Below are positions 1-9,578 of a stretch of 64,000 nt of DNA, piece by piece. Within the stretch, counting starts at the first letter, position 1. Every line of letters begins with the position of its first letter. Source of the stretch: an uncultured virus (IMG/VR IMGVR_UViG_3300009164_003041) (taxonomy: Duplodnaviria; Heunggongvirae; Uroviricota; Caudoviricetes); the IMG/VR virus record IMGVR_UViG_3300009164_003041, one strand, 5' to 3'. Made by a program: the position numbers and the translations under genes. The notes beneath the pieces are model-generated. The model was not told the origin of the DNA. It ran no database searches and was given only the letters and a program-made list of their open reading frames with translations.

Positions 1-39
1 ATTCAGTCGCTCGTGATAAATAGATAAAAGGAACGCAAA

Positions 40-372
40 ATGAAAATTGCAGAAGTACTCAACGAATCTAAGCACGACGATTGGGACGATGAAGATGAAA
101 TCGTCGGTGATCCTGATCAGGATAAAATCCCTCACATTCTGATGCAGTTGAAGAAGGCTGTTGACGTTGGTGGTAACTATCCTATCACTTTCAAGGATGG
201 TAAGAAGTTCAACATTCCTATGAACGTCATCCTTGCATTCATGCATAAGTACAGTGACCTGAAGCCGATGGATCGTGAAGAAATGCAGAGCGTTGCTGCT
301 AAGAGCAAAGATGATTTCATCTCTGTAATTCAGGGTTTCAACCGCTCCCCTGCTCCCCGCAGCATCTACTAA
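40..372 (+). CDS. hypothetical phage protein with MKIAEVLNES N-terminus
   Basis: ORF with AAGGA SD, preceded by TAAATA. Confidence 0.75.
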   Translation: MKIAEVLNESKHDDWDDEDEIVGDPDQDKIPHILMQLKKAVDVGGNYPITFKDGKKFNIPMNVILAFMHKYSDLKPMDREEMQSVAAKSKDDFISVIQGFNRSPAPRSIY

Positions 373-409
373 TAAATATGTAGTTATTTTCCCATTCCTA
401 TCACTAAAT

Positions 410-447
410 AAAAATAAGCCCTAGTGAAAGCTGGGGCTTTATTTTAC
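410..447 (+). terminator. hairpin, probable intrinsic terminator
   Basis: AAGCCCTAG-tgaaag-CTGGGGCTT flanked by A-rich and T-rich runs. Confidence 0.5.
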
Positions 448-467
448 TAAAAGAAGGATGATGTGGG

Positions 468-749
468 ATGGGTGATTTTTTCAAACTGGTTGCCGACGTA
501 GGTTTTCCTATTGCAGCAGCAATAGCAGCAGGGTATTTTGTATTCCTGACGTTGAAATTTATTCTTGCCGGAGTAACCGGTAGCGTCAGTGGAATGAAAA
601 ACATCATTACATCGCTTGACAATCGTGTTAAGACAATGAACCATGACGTTATTCGTATTGATGCTGTGGTCTCTAATGCACTCGGACTCAAGCCAGACGT
701 AGACAGAATCTCACGTTCTGACGGTAAAGATGATGCGAGGAAAGACTAA
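468..749 (+). CDS. small single-TM membrane protein (GFPI motif)
   Basis: Hydrophobic VGFPIAAAIAAGYFVF followed by coiled-coil-like tail; paralog of next gene. Confidence 0.7.
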   Translation: MGDFFKLVADVGFPIAAAIAAGYFVFLTLKFILAGVTGSVSGMKNIITSLDNRVKTMNHDVIRIDAVVSNALGLKPDVDRISRSDGKDDARKD

Positions 750-1054
750 TGGGACCAAACATAGCTAAATTAATCAGTGAGTATGGGTTTCCCATCGTTG
801 CTGCTTTCGGCATGGGATATTTTGTATATTATGTATGGAAGTGGGCAACTACCGAAGTTAAGCCTGTGTTGAGTGAGGCGAACAACACACTCGTCGCCTT
901 GATTGATCGTATCAGAATGTTAGACAATGATTTGATTCGTTTAACTCAGAAAGTAAGCACTGTACTACATCTGCGTGGTAAATCCATTGAACGTGAACGT
1001 ATAGAAGCTGAAAAGATAATCAATGCAGTAATAGAACAGGATAAAAAGGTATAA
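749..1054 (+). CDS. small single-TM membrane protein (GFPI motif), paralog
   Basis: YGFPIVAAFGMGYFVY; DRIRMLDNDLIRL matches NRVKTMNHDVIRI of previous gene. Confidence 0.7.
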   Translation: MGPNIAKLISEYGFPIVAAFGMGYFVYYVWKWATTEVKPVLSEANNTLVALIDRIRMLDNDLIRLTQKVSTVLHLRGKSIERERIEAEKIINAVIEQDKKV

Positions 1055-1058
1055 GGCT

Positions 1059-1499
1059 ATGCTGAAAAGAGTTTCAGTATTATTGCTACTTGTATGCAGC
1101 CCTGTGCAAGCAACCGAGATAGTATATCAATTTAAAAATCCATCGTTCTCTGGCAATAACGCCGGAGCGCAATGGCTAACGATTGAAAACCAAGAGACTC
1201 TACGCAAGAAAGCCATACAGGATAAGATAGAAGCTGAACTCAAAGCAAAAGCTCTTGAAGAAAAGAACTCTATTCTAAATCGCTTTTTGAACAATCTACA
1301 ATCTCGTATATACTCACAGTTGGCTCAGCAGTTAACTAACAATCTATTCGGACAAACAGCCGGAGACTCTGGGGAATTTACTCTTGAGGGTAATGTGATT
1401 AAGTATGAGAAAACTGACACTGAGATTAAACTAATAATCATTGATGACAACGGCAATCAAACAGAAATCATAGTTCCTACTAGCGGATTTAAATGGTAA
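1059..1499 (+). CDS. csgF: curli assembly protein CsgF-like
   Basis: Signal peptide then EIVYQFKNPSFSG (CsgF N-terminal NPxFxG motif); SQLAQQL; adjacent to csgG. Confidence 0.85.
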   Translation: MLKRVSVLLLLVCSPVQATEIVYQFKNPSFSGNNAGAQWLTIENQETLRKKAIQDKIEAELKAKALEEKNSILNRFLNNLQSRIYSQLAQQLTNNLFGQTAGDSGEFTLEGNVIKYEKTDTEIKLIIIDDNGNQTEIIVPTSGFKW

Positions 1500-2287
1500 T
1501 GAATTGGAAACTTCTTGTATTACCACTATTATTAAGTGGTTGTGTGGCGTCTGGACCTGCTGGTCTTCAATTAAAAGAAGATCCAGTGAGGATGAATACA
1601 CAGATAAAAGAGTTATATAATCTTCCTGCTCCAGTACAACAAGCTGTTGTAGCAGTATATGATTTTCCTGATATGACAGGACAACGCAAAGATAAAGATG
1701 GTATAGCAAGTATATCAACCGCTGTTACACAAGGAGGAACTCCTCTGTTAATAGCTGCACTTAAAGATGCAGGCGGCGGAACATGGTTTAGAGTAGTAGA
1801 GCGTAATCGTGTAGATGATCTTGCAAAAGAGCGTCAGATTGTTCGTACAACTCGTGAAGAATACGTTGGTGAAGGTGCAAATAAACTACAACCAATGTTA
1901 TTTGCTGGTCTTATTGTCCAGGGTGGCATCATCGGTTATGATACTAATATACAGACCGGTGGAATAGGGGCAAGATATCTCGGTATAGGCGGGACAACTA
2001 GTTACAGAAAAGATCAAGTAGTAGTAGCATTAAGGGCGGTAAATACTAATACCGGAGAAATAATTCTGAATGTGCAAGTTTCAAAAACTGTTTTATCTGT
2101 AGGAAGAGACCTCTCTCTTTTCAAATTCGTAGATGTTGGTACGAAACTAGTTGAAGCAGAAGCTGGCATGTCAGAGAATGAAGCAAATACAATGGCAGTT
2201 AAGATGGCCACAGAAGAAGCAGTTTTACAGTTGATCAAGCAAGGTGTCGAGAAAGGGTACTTTACATATAAGGAAACAAAACAATGA
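1493..2287 (+). CDS. csgG: curli secretion channel lipoprotein CsgG-like
   Basis: Lipobox LSGC; VAVYDFPDMTGQRK, STAVTQG, WFRVVER, KERQIVR, GGIIGYDTN, GARYLGIG. Confidence 0.92.
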   Translation: MVMNWKLLVLPLLLSGCVASGPAGLQLKEDPVRMNTQIKELYNLPAPVQQAVVAVYDFPDMTGQRKDKDGIASISTAVTQGGTPLLIAALKDAGGGTWFRVVERNRVDDLAKERQIVRTTREEYVGEGANKLQPMLFAGLIVQGGIIGYDTNIQTGGIGARYLGIGGTTSYRKDQVVVALRAVNTNTGEIILNVQVSKTVLSVGRDLSLFKFVDVGTKLVEAEAGMSENEANTMAVKMATEEAVLQLIKQGVEKGYFTYKETKQ

Positions 2288-2994
2288 ATTTTAAATCAGT
2301 GGTATTCGTTATGGCTATGATGACTAGTTCGTTGGCGTTAGCACAATCAGTGCAGCCGCAATCAACAACTAATTCAATCTATATTGAACAGGTAGGGGAT
2401 GACAGTAATATTACTATTGTTCAAAAAGGACAGAACAATAGAATCGGATCCGAACAAAATAGACTAATACTTAACGGTAACGGACAGATACTTAATACAA
2501 CACAAGAAGGTAACAATAACCTTATTCAGGGTGCTATTGTTCAGGCAGATAATTTTTCATCTGATACTACGGTTACTGGTGATAGCAACACTATAACCTA
2601 TGATCGCGGTGATGCTGCCAGTGTATCTGGATCGTCTGAAACAGTAGTAGTTACCGGTAGTACAAATAATCTTACATTCAATCAAGGCACTGCGGCATCA
2701 GCTACTGGTGCTACTCAAACTATTGAGATAATCGGTGATACAAACACACTTGTATCTACTATAAACGCAGATGACGTAGTGAACACTAAGACAATAGCAG
2801 GTGATGGAAACAATATTAATACATTCCAAAATGGAACAGCCGGAAAAAACATTGAAATGATTCTTACCGGTAATACTAATACGGTAGAAATAAAGCAGAC
2901 GAGTACAAATAATGTCGATACACTTAAGATCGATAGCACGAGCAGCGGCAGTACTATTACTATTAATCAGTGCAACGCCGGAGGCCCATGCTAA
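2284..2994 (+). CDS. secreted curlin-like beta-solenoid repeat protein
   Basis: Signal peptide; N/T/Q/G-rich repeats (IEQVGDDSNITIVQKGQNN, GDSNTIT, GSTNNLT, GDGNNIN, GNTNTVEIKQ). Confidence 0.75.
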   Translation: MNFKSVVFVMAMMTSSLALAQSVQPQSTTNSIYIEQVGDDSNITIVQKGQNNRIGSEQNRLILNGNGQILNTTQEGNNNLIQGAIVQADNFSSDTTVTGDSNTITYDRGDAASVSGSSETVVVTGSTNNLTFNQGTAASATGATQTIEIIGDTNTLVSTINADDVVNTKTIAGDGNNINTFQNGTAGKNIEMILTGNTNTVEIKQTSTNNVDTLKIDSTSSGSTITINQCNAGGPC

Positions 2995-3997
2995 TATAGG
3001 TAAGGTTACGCAAAATCGAGGCGTAAGCGAGGTCGTACGGAAAGTCACAAAGCTGCCTGTACGACCTCAATTACCTATAGATAAAATGGACAAGGTGCAG
3101 ACTGGTAATGGTAGAGTTGAAGTAACTTTCGTAGATGACTCCACTGTCAAAGTTACTGAACACTCTAAACTCGTGATTGACGATTTCGTATACAGTGGCA
3201 AGCCATCCACTTCAAGAATGGCTCTCAAGTTTGCATCCGGAACTGTTAGATTTGCGACAGGACAGTCCGGTAAGATGAACAAAGGTAACATCAATCTTAG
3301 AACACCCACAGCAACTATAGCTGTTAGAGGTACAGACTTTGCAGCAACAGTAGATGATTTCGGAAAGAGTCTCATAATGTTGCTTCCAGAACCAGACGGC
3401 TCAGTCGGAGAAATCACAGTATCAAATGCTGCTGGTGTGGTCATTCTTAATAAAGCATTTCAAGCTACTATAGTTTCTACCGCAGACAGTAGCCCATCTA
3501 AGCCTGTTATTCTAAATCTAACCCTTGATCAGATTGACAATATGTTAATTGTATCTCCTGCGGAAGAAGTTAAGTCAGAAGAAATGGCTGAAGCTAAAGC
3601 TAACATATTAGATTTGTCAGAACTTGATATCGATTACCTCGCAAAAGATGATCTACAGGAAAATCAGCTAGCCAGTTCAGAACTTGACATCAATACGATT
3701 AACTCAGACTTCTTAGCGGAAGATTTTCTTGATTCCGCTGATGGGAATGACTGTGTGACAAAAGACAATACGAAACTTTGCGGAACTACATTTGGTCTTA
3801 ATAATACTACACAGATTACTACTATCATGTCAGGGGACTATTTACGACTTGCCAGAACACTCAGTACAACAGTTGACATTGTTGTGAAGAAGGATTCAAA
3901 TAAAACACTATTCATTGACAGTAATGGAAAATCATTTCTAATTGAAATAAACGAACCGGCCGGAGGAACTATCATCAATGTTAAACAAAGCGAGTAA
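2912..3997 (+). CDS. exported FecR-domain protein
   Basis: Signal peptide; DKVQTGNG, FVDDSTVKVTEHSKLVID, TPTATIAVRGTDF. Confidence 0.85.
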   Translation: MSIHLRSIARAAAVLLLLISATPEAHANIGKVTQNRGVSEVVRKVTKLPVRPQLPIDKMDKVQTGNGRVEVTFVDDSTVKVTEHSKLVIDDFVYSGKPSTSRMALKFASGTVRFATGQSGKMNKGNINLRTPTATIAVRGTDFAATVDDFGKSLIMLLPEPDGSVGEITVSNAAGVVILNKAFQATIVSTADSSPSKPVILNLTLDQIDNMLIVSPAEEVKSEEMAEAKANILDLSELDIDYLAKDDLQENQLASSELDINTINSDFLAEDFLDSADGNDCVTKDNTKLCGTTFGLNNTTQITTIMSGDYLRLARTLSTTVDIVVKKDSNKTLFIDSNGKSFLIEINEPAGGTIINVKQSE

Positions 3998-6029
3998 AAT
4001 TTTATTATCACCGTGGTTAGCTGTAGCTACAGTAGTGCTATTGCTATCAATAAAGTTGATGAATCCGTTCCTAGTTGATAGTATGAAGTTAAAGTACTAT
4101 GACTATTTGATGTTGGGTGAGTCGGTTAAGTCAGAGCAAATTGTAGTTGCAAATATCGGGGAGAAGGCAATTGAAAAATATGGACAGTATCCGTTTCCAA
4201 GGGAAACATATAGCAAAATTATTAGGGATCTTTATGGGGCAAACGCTGGTATCGTTGGCATTACTATACTTATGTCTGAGCCTGATCGGATGGGGACTGA
4301 CAGAGTACTATCAGATACCTTAAAACAATATCCAGTTGTACTAAGTCAGACTCTATCTGACACTTGTACTAGGAATAACGTTCAGACTCGTCGTACAGGC
4401 GTTGCTGTAATTGGAGACGGGCAACCGACTGAGTTTCTCCCGAATTATCCGTGTGTTCTTGATAATATTTCAATGCTTCAAGAAGGTGCTGCAGGCGTCG
4501 GTATAACAACTTCGCTTCCAGAGACTGACGGGGTAGTGCGTCGAATCCCTCTAATAGGGACTTCAAAGAACGAATACTATCCTGCATTTGCTCTTGAAGT
4601 GTTGCGTGTTGCTGCGGGTGATCCGTCGTATCAAGCGAAAATAAGTCTAACTGGGGTTGAAGCATTGCGTGTTCCTCAATTCGGAAAAATAGATACCGAT
4701 GAATACGGTAGAGTATTTATCAACCCAAATTATAAGTTTCAGTCATTTGAGGTTGGTGAGAAGGTTCCTGATCTAACTGGGAAAATTGTAATTCTTGGTG
4801 TAACCGCCAGTGGTCTAAGTAACCCTGTAGCGACTCCCTCAGGTGCCCAGTATCCCCATCAGTTGCAAGCGAGTGTTCTTCAAACTCTGCTAAACGGTGA
4901 TGCAGTGTCGATTCCGAACTGGGTAGGTCTTGTTGATCTTTTAGCATTTGTTGTTCTTTCCCTTGCTGTCATCGGTCTGTCTAACGTGCGTTACTCTATC
5001 GTATGGATCGGTTTATTGATCGCGGGATATATGTATGCACCTATATATTTGTTCAGTCATAGCAAGATATTATTTGATATTTCATTCAACATTCTTGCTG
5101 CACTTCTTATTTATATGCATGTATATAGTGTTAAGTTTATCAGTGAATATCTACAAAAGCAACAAATTAAAAAGCAGTTTGGCACTTATTTAAGCCCAGA
5201 CCTTGTTGCAAAACTTCAGAGAAACCCAGAACTATTGTCTCTAGGCGGTGACGAAGTAGAACTTAGTATCATGTTCACTGATGTTCGTGGATTCACTTCT
5301 ATCTCAGAACACTACGGTAAAGATGTTCAGGGCTTGACAAAGATCATGAACCGTTATATGACAACTATGACGAAAGCAATTCTAGAGAACAACGGAACGC
5401 TAGATAAATATATCGGCGATGCTCAGATGGCGTTCTGGAATGCACCAGTCAACAACGATCAACACGCCAAAGATGCAGTTAAGACTGCGTTTGAAATGAT
5501 GAAGGCATTGGAAAAATTCAATGAAGAAATTAAAGAAGAAGGTGTACCAGCTTTTGGAATGGGTCTCGGTATTAATACTGATACTGTTGTTGTCGGTAAT
5601 ATGGGTAGTGATCAGCGTTTCGACTATACTTGTTTGGGGGACGGCGTTAACCTTGCATCTCGTCTCGAGGGCCAAAGCAAACCTTATGGCGTTAAAATTA
5701 TCATTGGACCCAAGACTGCTAGCGCGGTTTTGGACACGTACCAAGTAGTAGAATTAGACTTGATAGCAGTTAAGGGCAAGACCGAGCCTGCTAGAATATA
5801 CACAGTTTTACCATTTAGTGACGCATCGGCTGAACAACAGCATAACAAGTTCTTAGAGTTATATCGTAAGGGTAACTGGGATGTGGCTGAAAGATTTGCT
5901 AATGACTTGAAAACATGTTGGAACAATGAGCTAAATAAGTATTATGATGCGATGTTAGAACGCATCCAGGAATACAAGAACACTCCCCCAGCAAATTGGG
6001 ATGGAGTATTTAGGGCAACATCAAAATGA
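3978..6029 (+). CDS. CHASE2-domain membrane class III adenylate cyclase
   Basis: N-terminal TM, CHASE2 (GQYPFPR, DGVVRRIPL), three TMs, cyclase motifs MFTDVRGFT, DKYIGDA, DYTCLGDGVNLASRLEG. Confidence 0.92.
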   Translation: MLNKASKILLSPWLAVATVVLLLSIKLMNPFLVDSMKLKYYDYLMLGESVKSEQIVVANIGEKAIEKYGQYPFPRETYSKIIRDLYGANAGIVGITILMSEPDRMGTDRVLSDTLKQYPVVLSQTLSDTCTRNNVQTRRTGVAVIGDGQPTEFLPNYPCVLDNISMLQEGAAGVGITTSLPETDGVVRRIPLIGTSKNEYYPAFALEVLRVAAGDPSYQAKISLTGVEALRVPQFGKIDTDEYGRVFINPNYKFQSFEVGEKVPDLTGKIVILGVTASGLSNPVATPSGAQYPHQLQASVLQTLLNGDAVSIPNWVGLVDLLAFVVLSLAVIGLSNVRYSIVWIGLLIAGYMYAPIYLFSHSKILFDISFNILAALLIYMHVYSVKFISEYLQKQQIKKQFGTYLSPDLVAKLQRNPELLSLGGDEVELSIMFTDVRGFTSISEHYGKDVQGLTKIMNRYMTTMTKAILENNGTLDKYIGDAQMAFWNAPVNNDQHAKDAVKTAFEMMKALEKFNEEIKEEGVPAFGMGLGINTDTVVVGNMGSDQRFDYTCLGDGVNLASRLEGQSKPYGVKIIIGPKTASAVLDTYQVVELDLIAVKGKTEPARIYTVLPFSDASAEQQHNKFLELYRKGNWDVAERFANDLKTCWNNELNKYYDAMLERIQEYKNTPPANWDGVFRATSK

Positions 6030-6131
6030 ATATGCCCGTTAAAAAAATTCACACACATTTACAGAGTTAAATATTATTAGCTGCATATCAAAAATGTGCA
6101 GTACTTTTAACCTAAAAGGAAACATAAAAGT

Positions 6132-6731
6132 ATGAAGAAGTTAATTGTAATCGCAGCACTCGCAATGGCTGCTGTAACTACCCCAGCAATGGCTGACACT
6201 ATCACAGGCGAAGTGAAGTTCAATGATGTCCGTTCAGGTCGTCCAGACGCTACATCATATAAGCTTGAGTACATGGCCGATGTAACTACTAATGTAGTAG
6301 CTGGTGCTGAAGTCCAGGTGAGTCAGCCAGAAGATGGCGGCTCTGCTAAGACTAGAGTATCAGTGAAGGCAGGCTACGTCCTTCCGGAAGTTCTCGGAAT
6401 CCACACTGTTGCATACGGTGAGATTGGTGAAGCTTTTGCTGACAAGGTAACTACTAGAGTCGGTAACCGCAATGTCGTAACTGGCGGAAACTATACACTT
6501 TGGGGCGCTGGTGTAAAGGCTAGCCGTCATATATATGGTCCAGTCTCGGTTGTAGCTGGTTATCGTCACCGCGAGGGTTTCGAGAATGCATCTGGTGTAA
6601 AAACTGATCGTCTCAATGCAGGTCTTTCGTATGCATTTCGTGAAAATACTTCGGTAACTGCAAACTATTACCGCACTCGTGGTACTGCAAACATCGATGC
6701 TATCGGCATTGCGATTGCACAGAAGTTTTAA
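6132..6731 (+). CDS. outer-membrane beta-barrel protein (porin-like)
   Basis: Signal peptide, alternating amphipathic strands, C-terminal Phe; strong SD. Confidence 0.75.
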   Translation: MKKLIVIAALAMAAVTTPAMADTITGEVKFNDVRSGRPDATSYKLEYMADVTTNVVAGAEVQVSQPEDGGSAKTRVSVKAGYVLPEVLGIHTVAYGEIGEAFADKVTTRVGNRNVVTGGNYTLWGAGVKASRHIYGPVSVVAGYRHREGFENASGVKTDRLNAGLSYAFRENTSVTANYYRTRGTANIDAIGIAIAQKF

Positions 6732-6752
6732 TTTAAACTAACTGTGGACTAT

Positions 6753-6787
6753 ATAACGGCGGGAAGAAATTCTCGCCGTTATTTTTT
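6753..6787 (+). terminator. Rho-independent terminator
   Basis: ATAACGGCGGGAA/TTCTCGCCGTTAT stem followed by T run. Confidence 0.85.
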
Positions 6788-6804
6788 GGGCATTAAATAC
6801 ATAC

Positions 6805-7353
6805 ATGAAAATTGGTCTTAGTCAGAAGATATTGAACCACAATGGTAGACCTCATGATGCCATCGACCATGGTTGGTATTCGATCCTTACTGGACATAGC
6901 CTTTACTTTCTACCCAACACAAATAATCAACAGTTCGACCTTGTAGCTGATAACATAGACTCGCTGATACTTACCGGTGGCGATTCTTCTGAATTGAGAC
7001 AGAGCGTAGAGCTAAGTTTAGCAAACAAGATGATGGAACGCGGCAAGCCTGTAGTAGGAATTGCTCAGGGAGCATTAGCAATAGCTGACATATTGGGTGC
7101 TACTCTAGAGCCAATAAAGAAACACGTAACAGTAAACTATCCTATAATCTATCACGGCGAAGTGTTAGAAGTAACAGGAGATCATGCTACCGGTATTCTA
7201 AAGAACGAAGCAGGTGTTGAGATACTGTGTACTGATCATAATGGGTACACCGAAGCATTCATAAAAGATAATGTTGCCGGTGTGTTGTGGAATCCAGAAC
7301 GGATGATTAAACCTTGGATTCCCCCCGAGATCGCATTGTTACTCAGAATCTAA
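6805..7353 (+). CDS. class I glutamine amidotransferase-like (peptidase C26) protein lacking catalytic Cys/His
   Basis: LILTGGD, PVVGIAQG (no Cys), WNPE (no His). Confidence 0.75.
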   Translation: MKIGLSQKILNHNGRPHDAIDHGWYSILTGHSLYFLPNTNNQQFDLVADNIDSLILTGGDSSELRQSVELSLANKMMERGKPVVGIAQGALAIADILGATLEPIKKHVTVNYPIIYHGEVLEVTGDHATGILKNEAGVEILCTDHNGYTEAFIKDNVAGVLWNPERMIKPWIPPEIALLLRI

Positions 7354-8076
7354 TTTCTCATACACAAAGTATAAACGACCGTTCGAATCCTTCTTGAATT
7401 CTAGTAATTTCAAGCTATACTTCTCAGCAAATTCATTAACGACAGCAAAAGACCAAGGGAAGATTTCTACATAGGGTCCGTTCTTGTGAGGAATACCTGG
7501 ATTAGCTCTCAAATAGAATCTTCCTCCCTTTTTCAATAGGTCAACGCAATGACTAAAACGTGCTTCAATCTCATCTTTGCTGTTAAAGTTGATTGATCCT
7601 AAAGCAATAATAACATCATGTGATTCGGACTTGACTTGATACTCTAGGATATCAACTTGATAATCTGCTAAGTTATTGTAGGGGTCAATACCCACAATGT
7701 TCTGAATTCTACCCTTAAATGGATGGTAGCCGCAACCTACGTCAAGAACTGATTGCGGTAATAGCTTGTTGACTTCCTCCACTAACTGCCAACCGGTATA
7801 AGTAAATTCGTCAGTGCGCGGCCTCCAAATCTCTCCGAAGAAGCGTTTGATATAGCGTTCGCTCAGTTGATCAGTGATCCCACTAAGTGACCCTACAAAG
7901 TCAGAATTCAAGTTTAACTCATTCTCAATAGCATCCTTGAACTTGCGATACCGTGCAGGTGTCCAAGGTAATTCATCTACTATAGTGTCCTTATCAAACA
8001 CTAGTTTAGAGAATTTAGGAAGCTTAAATGCTTCTTCCAAATTTTCCTTCAACAGTCCAAAAATTATGTTGTTCAT
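7339..8076 (-). CDS. class I SAM-dependent methyltransferase with helical N-terminal domain
   Basis: VLDVGCG motif I, GIDP, DVIIALGS, LLKKGG. Confidence 0.8.
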   Translation of the reverse strand: MNNIIFGLLKENLEEAFKLPKFSKLVFDKDTIVDELPWTPARYRKFKDAIENELNLNSDFVGSLSGITDQLSERYIKRFFGEIWRPRTDEFTYTGWQLVEEVNKLLPQSVLDVGCGYHPFKGRIQNIVGIDPYNNLADYQVDILEYQVKSESHDVIIALGSINFNSKDEIEARFSHCVDLLKKGGRFYLRANPGIPHKNGPYVEIFPWSFAVVNEFAEKYSLKLLEFKKDSNGRLYFVYEKLDSE

Positions 8077-8168
8077 CCAAATTTCCCGTAAGTAATGATA
8101 AATATTCTCATGATGAGAAAATTATTAAATACTTATCATAGAAACGTACTCACTAAAGGAAAACGCAA

Positions 8169-8867
8169 ATGACTACATCAAAAGATTTCGTAGCTAAGAT
8201 CGTAGCTGATAACAAGGCACTCTTTGAAGCATCAAAGATGAACGTTAAGGCTTATTTCGAAAGCAATCCCTCTAAGGAAGCTCTCGTAGATCACTTCATC
8301 GGCCGCATGGTCAATGAGCGCATGAATATGGTTGAAATTGCTAATCAGGTAGCAAATCTTCCAGCTAACACTGACCCTGTTGAGCTTCAGCTTCTCTCAA
8401 AGCAAGCTTATGACGAAGCAGTACACTTCCGTATGGTTAAGGAAGTGATCGAACATATCACTGGTTCAGAACTTGACGTAGAAGCCGCAATCGCTGCTGA
8501 AGCTGCAACGCCAACTGCAAAGGGCGCTGGCCTTCTTGCTAAGTACGAAGCCGAAGCTGACGAAGCTGCTCTTGCTGCATATCAGCTTGTAGCTGAAGGC
8601 CGTGCAGAAGCAGTTTGGGATCAGATGGCAGATTGCATCGAAGACGAATTCATTTCTTCACGTTATGCAAAGATCGCTAAGGACGAGGGTTTCCATAGCA
8701 AGATCGGTGCTCGTAAGTTAGAAGAACTCGCAACCGACGAAGCAACACAGACTCGTATTGCAACTCTAGTAGAAGCAATGCGTAAGGACTTGTTTGATAT
8801 TTCGTGCAAGAACACTACTGAAGTTCCTGCTGCTAAGGCTCTTGTAAACGAAGCATACGGCTGGTAA
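8169..8867 (+). CDS. ferritin-like diiron-carboxylate protein
   Basis: Helical, paired E...DExxH motifs (NERMN, DEAVHF, AEGRA, DEGFHS). Confidence 0.8.
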   Translation: MTTSKDFVAKIVADNKALFEASKMNVKAYFESNPSKEALVDHFIGRMVNERMNMVEIANQVANLPANTDPVELQLLSKQAYDEAVHFRMVKEVIEHITGSELDVEAAIAAEAATPTAKGAGLLAKYEAEADEAALAAYQLVAEGRAEAVWDQMADCIEDEFISSRYAKIAKDEGFHSKIGARKLEELATDEATQTRIATLVEAMRKDLFDISCKNTTEVPAAKALVNEAYGW

Positions 8868-8933
8868 AGAAAGACTGGGGACGGACAAACAATACCCTCA
8901 CTTGAAACGGGGGTCCCGTCCCCAACTTACATA

Positions 8934-9578
8934 ATGGCAGAAAAACAACTTCTTATTCTCACCGGACCACAAGGAGCTGGAAATCATCTCTGGTCTAAAA
9001 TCTTTTCACTTCATCCCGAAGTGTATGGCTGGAAATCGCTTTTAGAAAACTATTGGGAAGCGCATCGCTTCTCCGAACCCTTTGCACAACATTGGAAAAA
9101 TCATGACCTACTCAAAACTTTCGATTGGTCTCAAAGAGACTTATATTTTACTTCTATCAGTTGCCCCCTGGGCATACATGGATCTGAGATTAATCCCATT
9201 TGGAATCCTGATATACGTGGCTTTGCTGATACTGTGCGTTCCTTCGGTATTGATGTTACTTTTGTCGTTTGCGGACGAGACCAAACGATCCTCCGAAATC
9301 AGCAAACTAGAATCAGAACTGGAACGACGATACAGTATCTCTTATCACAACTAAGTGACATAGATGATCCAGTGTTCTTATCATATGAATTATTGTATCT
9401 TTATAAGCAAGACTATCTCAAGAGTTTAAAACTCAACATTCCCGTTGCTTGGGATGACCCTCGTATTGATGAAATACTAGCAGAGGATCCTAATGAGAAA
9501 TACATTCAATATATAGAGTACAATGAACTTGATAATGGTAACAAGTTCGGTACTACATTCACAGAGAAACCGCAGTGA
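8934..9578 (+). CDS. P-loop/sulfotransferase-fold protein
   Basis: LLILTGPQGAGNHL N-terminus, GRD, LSYELL. Confidence 0.55.
   Translation: MAEKQLLILTGPQGAGNHLWSKIFSLHPEVYGWKSLLENYWEAHRFSEPFAQHWKNHDLLKTFDWSQRDLYFTSISCPLGIHGSEINPIWNPDIRGFADTVRSFGIDVTFVVCGRDQTILRNQQTRIRTGTTIQYLLSQLSDIDDPVFLSYELLYLYKQDYLKSLKLNIPVAWDDPRIDEILAEDPNEKYIQYIEYNELDNGNKFGTTFTEKPQ

Noticed and set aside
7375..7400. GTTCGAATCC resembling a tRNA T-loop
   Set aside because: Lies inside the methyltransferase CDS; no cloverleaf around it. No tRNA was recognised in the window.
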